Source: Barthelona sp. PCE
Taxonomy: Eukaryota
Direction: 5' to 3'
DNA length: 64,000 nt
Assembly (NCBI GenBank): GCA_040285745.1
Contig: JAUFOR010000004.1
Span: 1,240,001-1,304,000 of the forward strand
Position 1 is the first letter of the stretch, and every line of letters begins with the position of its first letter. This document shows positions 21,001-30,740 of the stretch, piece by piece. Below the pieces are notes generated by a model. That model searched no databases and had not been told where the DNA came from. It worked only from the letters and a program-made list of their open reading frames with translations. The translations under genes were made by a program, and so were the position numbers.

Positions 21001-22179
21001 AGCGTTACCATAGTTGTTTCTGTCACTGTTGCACTTCACAATACGGCCAAACCCATCATCTTCGGTCCACTCCACCATCATAAACGTGCCATCATCCAAT
21101 TCAACATGGAACACTGAGTCAGCATCTTTTGTGACATTGACAATAACTCCGTTGTGAGGGTCATGTTTCTTAGTTATGCAGTTCTCCTTATATATGTAAG
21201 CAATTCTCGATGAAAAAAAACAAAGACAGCCATTTTCAACCTTTTTGATAAAGTAGTTTTCTTCACAAGTACTGAATAATCCACAACAAAAGAACGAGCC
21301 AAGTGGAGTGTTAGCCTTAATTAAATAATCTTCAACAATATCATACGAAACAGTTGGTCCTGTGCAATGCGATGGAACGGTGGCAACTATTTCGCCTTCA
21401 ACATCACAAATATACCCAATTCCAGAATTCGCTACAACTGTGAAGTGCTCTTCATCTGGTGAAATGTATACTGCTTCAATTACTTCTATGTCTTCTGCCC
21501 ATACCGTCCCACCATTTGATCGGTTATACACCATTGTCCTACCTGACTCACTAAACATCAGATAATTCGATGAAATGTCTGCTGAAATTGGAACTACATA
21601 TCTGATATGATTTCTCTCAAATAAAACATTATTTCCACAATCTCTGAATCTGAACTTGTATTTCTTTGCTTCTCCAGTGAAATAACTTTCCAAAAAAAAC
21701 ATTTCTCCATCACTCTGCTCAACAGCAAAACGACCATCAAACTTCATGGCTGCCTCGCTTGAACCATGAATAAACTTGTGCACATGGTTAACACTCTCTT
21801 GAACAAAGAGAGCCTCAGAATTAACCCAGCAATTGCTTCCATCTTCAAAGGTAACATTCGAGATTAAACTTTGCGAGCTTGTGTTATGTACTTGATAATC
21901 ATCACCGTCCTTAAATGCCAGAAATTGTCCGTCAAAACTCAAACAACCATATTCAACCTCCGAATTGGTAGGTATGGCGTAAATTTCCTCCAATGACGGA
22001 ATACTGAACACGCGGATGTGATTAGTATGCACCGTGGCCAACACTCGCTCATCCTTAGATATCCAAGATACACCGGTGTAAGGTTCTTCAGATATAACGA
22101 AATCCTCTTTCTCTTCCGTTTCTCTGTTAAAACGCGTCACATAAGCGAGCCCATCTTCGTTTTTAAATGCCCTCACCAT
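18012..22179 (-). pseudogene. MVRAFKN family copy 2: propeller-coiled coil-kinase-HECT-RING2 fusion, frameshifted (appears as 748 aa + 597 aa ORFs)
   Basis: Relative to copy 3: T8 instead of T3 at 19961-19968 (+5) and T4 instead of T5 at 19873-19876 (-1), giving a stop at 19933 at the start of the kinase domain. May be real or a consensus error. Confidence 0.7.
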
Positions 22180-22367
22180 TATTTGTTAGTGTAATTAGCA
22201 GAAATGCTATAACAAAAGAAAGGAGTGAAAATATAAAGTGGTGATTTCTCTGTTGCTGTCCATGATATACTTATCACGACCGTATTTATATCAACAATCT
22301 CATTCCACTAAGACTTTCTGCTGTACAAGCCAGAAGATTGACCCTGCGTAACATAAACCCTTTACTA

Positions 22368-22988
22368 TTATTCAGCAACCATCTTTCTTTTCTTTGCAGT
22401 TTTAGTAACCTGAGCAATATCAAATATAGGACAATCACTCTTGGAATTTAATATCTTTGTACCCAAAAATAATAATCCAAAAGCATTATCTAAAACTGAA
22501 GTTTCGGACTTGTTGCTCAAATCAAGGAGAACACGAACTAATAAATCAGCCAAATCACTTAATTCCTCTTCTTTAATTGGGCCTAGGGTATCTAAATAAC
22601 TCTTCATACTAACCTCATCATTACACATAAAAAACTGCATCATTTCACTGATTTCCTCAACGAAACAAATAGATTGGAACATGATTAACTTATTTAAGTG
22701 TGGTTGCAATTCAAACAACGTCTTCTTAACCAATTCTCTTGAAAAATCTGTAATTTGTGAAAAAAACTCTTGAATATAAATCCTAAAGAACTTATAGAGC
22801 ACCTTTGCATGACTATTTGTTAAAACACGTAAAGAAAAGAAGGTTTCGAAATGTTCTTGAACAAACTCAAAATTAGCCATTACACCCTTTTCTATTATAC
22901 TATCATGCAGCCAATACACCTTGTAATACAGGTCGCAGAGCCCCTGCTCCTCTGCTGGAAGAGAATTGGCTATCAATCTAGCTGAATC
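22368..22988 (-). pseudogene. 5'-truncated duplicate of the SPRY gene (3' ~620 bp only)
   Basis: Matches 27499-28119 apart from a 2-nt change that I noticed (FETF vs FEAF); lacks the SPRY domain and native start. Confidence 0.85.
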
Positions 22989-22989
22989 T

Positions 22990-25900
22990 CATTCAATGAA
23001 GGAATACTGAACACGTGGATTTGATTCATGTATTGTAGTCACTACTTTACCTTATTTCGACACAAAAAACGTACCTGTATACTTTTCAAAAGAATTATGT
23101 CAGAAATAAGAAATGCCAAAACAAATGTTCTACTGGAACTGCTGCATGCGTTCCTGCACCTGCTCGAGGGTGACCTGCTGCACTTGAGCTACTTCACAAA
23201 TGCCGTAGTGCCCGCAATTGTCCGTTGAGAGACACGAGAAGCAGAACTCATGGGCACATGTCATGCATGCCATGCTCTTACATCCGCTGCTGTGTTCTAT
23301 GGGCGTCAGACAGTTCGGGCAGACGCGTACAGACGGAACATTGTGAATCTGGTTGAACTCGATGGTAATCAAGGGTGCGTTCTGCAGACGGTTGTTGAGC
23401 TCATCAACATCCTCTTGCATCCACTGTGAGAGGCGCTGTATGATCAAGAGCTTGAATTCGTTCGGGAGGATGCCGCGGATAGCGAGCGGTAATCCCTCGC
23501 GAACACGCATGACATTGTTGGGTAGTCTTAATGTATGGTCACAAAGAGCAACCGATGGTAGCATCGTGTCGTCAGGCTGCAGGATGACGGTGAATGAGTC
23601 AAGTTCTGGTGAGCCGTTGAGCCAGTACACGAACTGGAGCATTTCGAAAGAGTTGAATCCATGCAGCAGCTCGTCGAGAACATCACGCACGTTGGTGGGT
23701 ACACCATCTTCGAATTCCAAGGTGGTAAGCACCTGCTCGGCGGTGAAGCGTGGCGGGCCGCACATCATAGATTTGACTTCAGCGAACGTGAGCGTGACGC
23801 CAAGCTGAGATATTAGCTCATTCCCGTTGAATGCAGCGTTCACCCTCTTGACAGCTCAGCCCATGGTCCTGAGACCATGTCTCGGGCGATCTGCAAGAAG
23901 GCATTTATGTTTTCAGCAGTAACCAACTTGTCCTCACCACCGAAGCAGCTGAAGTTCAGGCCCTCGTGATTCAGCATGTTAAGGATGTATGCCGATTCGG
24001 TCACGAACACCCTATCAAAAACAGCTGCATCAGAAAGCTTGTCGAAGTCTCTGCTGAGCGCGTTGAGGACGAAATGGCCAACTTGCACGTCGTCAACAGG
24101 TGTATGGAATACGAAGCAGCAGTAAAGGAACCCGCACATGGCCTCGATGAGGTCATCGGATGCATCCGCATCAAAACTAGGCAATGCCCGATGCTCAAAG
24201 ATGTGATCCACGAATTGAGGAATTGAGAGCTTCTCCATACCATGCATCATGACAGAAGCGCCGAAGTGTTCAATCCCATTCATGAAAGAACTGGCATTAC
24301 TGAAAATCCGCACGAAAAATTGGTCAAAATGTTCTTCCTGCACGAATTCCATCAAGCTTGCCTCACGCTCGTTGTCGCGCAAAAGCGCCTGCTTTGTGAC
24401 GACGAACTGGTTGATTTGGCGGCGGATGAGCGCGAGGCGGTCCTGCGCTACGGATGCAACGGTGCGCCACTCGTTGCAACTCAGCTCGTATATCGAGGGT
24501 CTAAAACGAGAATCGTGTGCTTGGCAGCGCTGAATGATTTCAGAGTGTGCACAATCATCGCGTAAAACCAAATTCGAAACGTCTGTTCTGTTTTGAGCAT
24601 AAATATACGAAATTGTTTTTCCAAGAGCAAAAATGTCGCTCAAAAACGTGTGAGGCTGGCCTTCTGTTACCTCACGTGCTATGTAACCAAACGTTCCTAC
24701 AATTGTATTACCTCCCATAGTTTGTGAGTTATCAATGCTGACGCCAAAGTCGCACAGCTTAATCTTGGGGTTTGATGCATCCTCGCCACAATAAACAAGA
24801 ACGTTCTGCGGTTTGAGATCCCTCAAAATAATACCGTTGGCGTGCATCATGAACACAGCCATCACGAGCTGGTGAGCCACACTGTTCCTCGTCGAAATAT
24901 CAAGATCGGGGAATGCGCTCAAAAACTGCTCAAGATCGTAGGGTGCGCGTTCAAGCTCTAGACATACGAATTTGACAGTTGTGGAGCCCTTTTTCATTTC
25001 AGGCACAAGTACGACATTCTTGAGTGATACGACACATGGGTAAAGCTTTGTTAGAACACGTAGCTCCCTTCGCAGTGCTTTAAGATTCATGTCTCTGTCG
25101 CCCCTAAACCTTTCGGAGACACATATACACTTGATGAACAGATCATCCCTTACCAACGTGTCGTTCTGCAATCCAATTTCCTCCAGATCGCCGTTTAGAT
25201 AGTTATCGTAACTGATGATCTTTGGAACAGAGGGAAACCTGATGGAAGACAGTCGCAGCTCCACCAGTGTGCTGTTGAGGTTGACGGCGAGAGAAAACTC
25301 ACAAATTGTATCTTTCAATTGTTTAGCGTTTGATTCGACTATATCAAGCAGATGAGCCTTGGCATCCACGAAATGGGCACCTGTATACTCGGAGATATCC
25401 GAATGATGACGATCCAGCTGCTCTTGAAGCGAATAGATGAGATCAAAATCAATGGTGACGTCAACCTCCTCATGCGCGACCTGTGCCTCTCTGAATTCCT
25501 TAACACGTTCTCCAATCTCGTTTGACTGGCTGACGATACTTTTCAAAGCCTTATTCTTGTCCTTAAAACTGATGAGCGCAGAGTACACTTCAGTCAGTTG
25601 AAGTTCAACACACTTATCGAAAATCTTAAAGTAATCATCCAAACCTTGCAGATCGCTTAATTTGAGCGAATACGCACTCTCATTCAGCACCTTAGCAATG
25701 GGAAACTGTGCTACCAAATCAGAAAACTTGGCACAAAAAGTGTTTGATAAAGAACCGCCCAACTCAAACTCCACAATGATGCTTTCCAGTGAATGTACGT
25801 AGTCAATAGCCAGCTCCAGCTCACCCAAATGCTGATCAAAAGTCTGCACCTTAGGGTTGGAAGACATCCACTTAAAGAACGGGCCGAGTGGCATTTCAAG

Positions 25901-28119
25901 CTGACGGATAGCGGCAGCACAATCATCAACATACTTCGTTAACTCACTGTATTCCTTGTTACCCGAATTGGGTACCAACTGACTCAGTGTATCAAAAGTT
26001 ACCTGGAACTTCATGTCCATCTCAGATTTCTGCCTTTCAAATTTTGTGTCCAATTCCAACTTCTGTTCACTGATTCTGGAGTACAATTCACTAATCTCAA
26101 TCTCAGTATCTATAGCGTTACCATAGTTGTTTCTGTCACTGTTGCACTTCACAATACGGCCAAACCCATCATCTTCGGTCCACTCCACCATCATAAACGT
26201 GCCATCATCCAATTCAACATGGAACACTGAGTCAGCATCTTTTGTGACATTGACAATAACTCCGTTGTGAGGGTCATGTTTCTTAGTTATGCAGTTCTCC
26301 TTATATATGTAAGCAATTCTCGATGAAAAAAAACAAAGACAGCCATTTTCAACCTTTTTGATAAAGTAGTTTTCTTCACAAGTACTGAATAATCCACAAC
26401 AAAAGAACGAGCCAAGTGGAGTGTTAGCCTTAATTAAATAATCTTCAACAATATCATACGAAACAGTTGGTCCTGTGCAATGCGATGGAACGGTGGCAAC
26501 TATTTCGCCTTCAACATCACAAATATACCCAATTCCAGAATTCGCTACAACTGTGAAGTGCTCTTCATCTGGTGAAATGTATCCTGCTTCAACTCTTTCA
26601 ATATCCTCATTAATTATTGCTCCTTCCCACATGAGAGACCCACCATTTGATCGGTTATAAACCATTGTCATACATGACTCACTAAACATCAGATAATTCG
26701 ATGAAATGTCTGCTGAAATTGGAACTACATATCTGATATGATTTGTTTGTAATAAAACATTATTTCCACAATCTCTTAATCTGAACTTGTATTTCTTTGC
26801 TTCTCCAGTGAAATAACTTTCCAAAAAAAACATTTCTCCATCACTCTGCTCAACAGCAAAACGACCATCAAACTTCATGGCTGCCTCGCTTGAACCATGA
26901 ATAAACTTGTGCACATGGTTAACACTCTCTTGAACAAAGAGAGCCTCAGAATTGACCCAGCAATTGCTTCCTTTTGTAAAAGTAACATTCGAGATTAAAC
27001 TTTGCGAGCTTGTGTTATGTACTTGATAATCATCACCGTCCTTAAATGCCAGAAATTGTCCGTCAAAACTCAAACAACCATATTCAACCTCCGAATTGGT
27101 AGGTATGGCGTAAATTTCCTCCAATGACGGAATACTGAACACGCGGATGTGATTAGTATGCACCGTGGCCAACACTCGCTCATCCTTAGATATCCAAGAT
27201 ACACCGGTGTAAGGTTCTTCAGATATAACGAAATCCTCTTTCTCTTCCGTTTCTCTGTTAAAACGCGTCACATAAGCGAGCCCATCTTCGTTTTTAAATG
27301 CCCTCACCATTATTTGTTAGTGTAATTAGCAGAAATGCTATAACAAAAGAAAGGAGTGAAAATATAAAGTGGTGATTTCTCTGTTGCTGTCCATGATATA
27401 CTTATCACGACCGTATTTATATCAACAATCTCATTCCACTAAGACTTTCTGCTGTACAAGCCAGAAGATTGACCCTGCGTAACATAAACCCTTTACTATT
27501 ATTCAGCAACCATCTTTCTTTTCTTTGCAGTTTTAGTAACCTGAGCAATATCAAATATAGGACAATCACTCTTGGAATTTAATATCTTTGTACCCAAAAA
27601 TAATAATCCAAAAGCATTATCTAAAACTGAAGTTTCGGACTTGTTGCTCAAATCAAGGAGAACACGAACTAATAAATCAGCCAAATCACTTAATTCCTCT
27701 TCTTTAATTGGGCCTAGGGTATCTAAATAACTCTTCATACTAACCTCATCATTACACATAAAAAACTGCATCATTTCACTGATTTCCTCAACGAAACAAA
27801 TAGATTGGAACATGATTAACTTATTTAAGTGTGGTTGCAATTCAAACAACGTCTTCTTAACCAATTCTCTTGAAAAATCTGTAATTTGTGAAAAAAACTC
27901 TTGAATATAAATCCTAAAGAACTTATAGAGCACCTTTGCATGACTATTTGTTAAAACACGTAAAGAAAAGAAAGCTTCGAAATGTTCTTGAACAAACTCA
28001 AAATTAGCCATTACACCCTTTTCTATTATACTATCATGCAGCCAATACACCTTGTAATACAGGTCGCAGAGCCCCTGCTCCTCTGCTGGAAGAGAATTGG
28101 CTATCAATCTAGCTGAATC
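22990..28119. repeat. Tandem segmental duplication, unit B (~5.1 kb)
   Basis: Near-identical to 17872-22988; differences concentrate at ~26580-26980, plus three T-run indels. Confidence 0.95.
23130..27310 (-). CDS. MVRAFKN family copy 3: propeller-coiled coil-Ser/Thr kinase-HECT-RBR RING2 fusion (reconstructed 1393 aa; one 1-nt deletion at ~23848 splits it into 1156 + 237 aa)
   Basis: Kinase LRDLKPQN, KLCDFG, GTFGYIARE, SDIFALG; HECT GGEDKLVTAEN, MMCG, WLNGS, LPSVALCDHTLRLP; RING2 CPNC...IEHSSGCKSMAC..C...FCFSC. TT at 23848-23849 corresponds to TTT at 18730-18732 in copy 2. Confidence 0.75.
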
Positions 28120-28854
28120 AATACGTCCTGTGCATAACATGTAATCGAATAAAAACTGTTTGTAAACAATGGATGCAGGATCCAAGAGATGGGAGCTGGC
28201 AAGTATCGTCTCCACCTGGCTCTTGAGCATGGCTTCATTGATGTATGTATCAAAGTCATACTTAAATGGATGATTCATATCGAGACCGAAATTCAGCTCC
28301 ATGGTTAAGTTGTGTGTGCGGCAACCAAAGATGGGCACCCAGTTGTGCCTGATTCCACGACCCTTCTCTGCTGCTTTCTGTACAACACCGTTTATAACAA
28401 ACTTAAGGTACTGTTCGTCGAAGCTCAACAAAACACCGATATAAGTATCATGATTGCCACACTTGGACACGTAGCTTGATCCACTGCTGGTAGAAGCGAA
28501 GAATTTTCCATCATCAGCGTGAAAACCCCTTGTGTTATCGGACCAGCCTGGTAACTTCTTCATGTTAACGTTACCTACATCCCTTCTGAGACCAACGCAT
28601 GCTGTGTTGTTCTCGTTGTCAGGGTTGTTAATGCGTATTTCAAAGTAATAGGCACCCATATGAAGAGGAATTGGATGGTCAGCTGAAACCATGGCTGATA
28701 CAAGCTTGCTCTGGCCGTCCTGTATGCTGTCGTTCACATATTTAACAATACTTCCTTCATCATTCGTTCTAATAAGGTTTCTAACATTGTCACATACTAC
28801 AATTCTTGTTGGGAGAGGAGAATGATCGAGTACAGCTTGATAGTACTTACTCAT
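27499..28854 (-). CDS. SPRY-domain protein, RanBP9/10 (Gid1)-like, with possible LisH motif
   Basis: ADHPIP, YYFEIRI, LPGW, GFHADDGKFF, ELNFG...PFKYDF; FDYMLCTG resembles LisH. Confidence 0.85.
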   Translation of the reverse strand: MSKYYQAVLDHSPLPTRIVVCDNVRNLIRTNDEGSIVKYVNDSIQDGQSKLVSAMVSADHPIPLHMGAYYFEIRINNPDNENNTACVGLRRDVGNVNMKKLPGWSDNTRGFHADDGKFFASTSSGSSYVSKCGNHDTYIGVLLSFDEQYLKFVINGVVQKAAEKGRGIRHNWVPIFGCRTHNLTMELNFGLDMNHPFKYDFDTYINEAMLKSQVETILASSHLLDPASIVYKQFLFDYMLCTGRIDSARLIANSLPAEEQGLCDLYYKVYWLHDSIIEKGVMANFEFVQEHFEAFFSLRVLTNSHAKVLYKFFRIYIQEFFSQITDFSRELVKKTLFELQPHLNKLIMFQSICFVEEISEMMQFFMCNDEVSMKSYLDTLGPIKEEELSDLADLLVRVLLDLSNKSETSVLDNAFGLLFLGTKILNSKSDCPIFDIAQVTKTAKKRKMVAE

Positions 28855-29306
28855 CGGACTCAGATAATATGCACGAAAAAAATAAGCTTAAAAGGAGAGA
28901 AAAAACTGAAACAGCTCAACAGAAATTTTTTAGGGTTAGAAAACAAGAAAGGGGACATTTGCTGGAATCTTTAAGACGTTTGTGAATGTGATACCATGCG
29001 TTCATTCTTCTACAAGAATAACCTGCACTTTGTTAAAAGAGACCATCCGCAAAATATATGCGTCAAATGGTACCATTTGTACCATTTGGACTCAAGTAGG
29101 ATGAACCATTTCCGTAAGATTCAAAAAAAGGAGAACCCCTGCTTTTCCAAACGATGCTATCTTTTTTTGGATAAAACATCGTGCTTTACCGGGACAAACT
29201 GTCAATTTTAATAGCTTTTAATTATTACTGTACGATTCATATCACCTAAATTTGCTTTTTGCATTTCTCCCTTTTCATCCCAATTGTACCAATATCTAAG
29301 CGATAA

Positions 29307-30674
29307 ATGGTGAACAAAACGCCAGAGCCTATTCACCAACCGGTTACAACAACTGCAGAACGCTTTTTCTTTGTTGCTTATGAGGGCTTTTTCAATCTTA
29401 TCAGTAACGTAATATTTGCCACACTCCTACCAATGCAGCTCAAGAGGCACAACGCATTTTCACAGTTCAACACAGCTACTTCAATTGGAAGTTGGATATG
29501 TTTTGGATTAATCAGTTTTTTAGGTTCATTACTAGACTTATCACGAAATTACTTGCTGGGACAGGTGGGATTCGGTGTCACAGCATTCATTCTCGCTGCT
29601 ATTGCTGTAGCATTTGCTAGTAACGGTATTACCGTTGCCTTCACAGGGTTGACCTGTTATGTACTTGCCATAACATGCATGAAAGCCAGTGTGATATCTA
29701 ACAACTCCCTTCTGGGGTATTTTGAGCGGAGTGTTATCAAGAAGTTGAGTCTTTTAAGTACTGGTTTCGGTTTTGCTATCGAAATGGTTATGTATATCTT
29801 TTTATATTATTTTGTAAGTTATGAAAGCGAGAAACATACCATCTTCGGGCTGTATGAGCTGAATTTATGGAATATTATCACTCTGTTTATAGCTCTGGTT
29901 TTATTAGTTATGAGTGCTTTCACGTTTGATCCAAAAGTATTTTTTTCGTTTAAATTTTCAAGAAGAAACTTCTTTTCGAGGACGTTCAGAACATACCTAC
30001 GATTGTTGTTTAAAAAGAAGTTAAGAAATTTGAGAAATTTTATTTTTGCACATTTTTTTTACACTTCTGCTATGCTTTTCTTTTCAAGATACCTCACATT
30101 GCTCCTCATAGACCTCTTTGATTACAAAGCTAAGGAAGTTATGTTTTTACACATATTTTTCGCTTTTGCCCGAATTGTTTCAATTTTATTAGGTCTTTTA
30201 TTGCGTAGAAAGTCGTCAAAGGGGACGCTACTGATCCAGGTACTGTGTATTAGTATATGTTTCTTCGGCATGTTTGGTGTTAAGCAATTCCATACAAAAA
30301 TAGAGTGGGTTAGACCAATAGTATTCACAATGTCCTTCATTGTATCGTTTATTTTCGGTTGGAACATGGCTTTATCGCGTACTGTCCTTATTAGATTGGT
30401 CCCAAAATCACATGCTTGTTATTTCGGTGTCTATGTTTGCGTTGCTATCCTTGGAATGGCTGCTTTGTCTTCCGTGGTATCTTTGATCACGTTCCTCAAG
30501 CTCGAAAAGGTACTCATTCTGTGCGTGCTCGGAGTTTGGAGTTTGTTAGGCGTTTTCTTTATTTTTTTCATTGATGTTGATGAAGTTGACGATGATGATT
30601 CAGAGGAGGATAACGCTATTGAGATCGGACATGATGATTCTTATCTTTTAATCCCTGACGAGCATTTAGAGTAA
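29307..30674 (+). CDS. MFS-type multi-pass transporter (possibly Atg22/UMF1-like)
   Basis: About 12 hydrophobic segments; LGSLLD, NNSLL and ALSRTVLIRLVPK...YFGVY motifs; acidic C-terminal tail. Confidence 0.7.
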   Translation: MVNKTPEPIHQPVTTTAERFFFVAYEGFFNLISNVIFATLLPMQLKRHNAFSQFNTATSIGSWICFGLISFLGSLLDLSRNYLLGQVGFGVTAFILAAIAVAFASNGITVAFTGLTCYVLAITCMKASVISNNSLLGYFERSVIKKLSLLSTGFGFAIEMVMYIFLYYFVSYESEKHTIFGLYELNLWNIITLFIALVLLVMSAFTFDPKVFFSFKFSRRNFFSRTFRTYLRLLFKKKLRNLRNFIFAHFFYTSAMLFFSRYLTLLLIDLFDYKAKEVMFLHIFFAFARIVSILLGLLLRRKSSKGTLLIQVLCISICFFGMFGVKQFHTKIEWVRPIVFTMSFIVSFIFGWNMALSRTVLIRLVPKSHACYFGVYVCVAILGMAALSSVVSLITFLKLEKVLILCVLGVWSLLGVFFIFFIDVDEVDDDDSEEDNAIEIGHDDSYLLIPDEHLE

Positions 30675-30740
30675 ATATTCGCCTGTTTTTTGTTTTTTCT
30701 CTCTTTCACCAACATTAATTTTTGGTTTCCTACGGGCAAG

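Larger units (their letters stand above)
17872..22988. repeat. Tandem segmental duplication, unit A (~5.1 kb)
   Basis: Near-identical to 22990-28119; both units begin CATTCAATGAAGGAATAC and end ...AGCTGAATC inside SPRY coding sequence. Confidence 0.95.

Noticed and set aside
23804-23850. Intron (GTGAAC...CTAATATCTCAG on the minus strand) that might repair the copy 3 frameshift
   Set aside because: It is 39 nt, a multiple of 3, so it cannot restore the frame; the same sequence is coding in copy 2.
21465-26985. Diversity-generating retroelement (TR/VR pair)
   Set aside because: Differences are not adenine-specific, include an indel, and no reverse transcriptase is present.
17872-28119. Duplication as a pure assembly artefact
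   Set aside because: The units differ by an in-frame 18 bp indel, clustered substitutions and scattered SNPs, and have different junctions. Tandem placement of two haplotypes is not fully excluded without reads.
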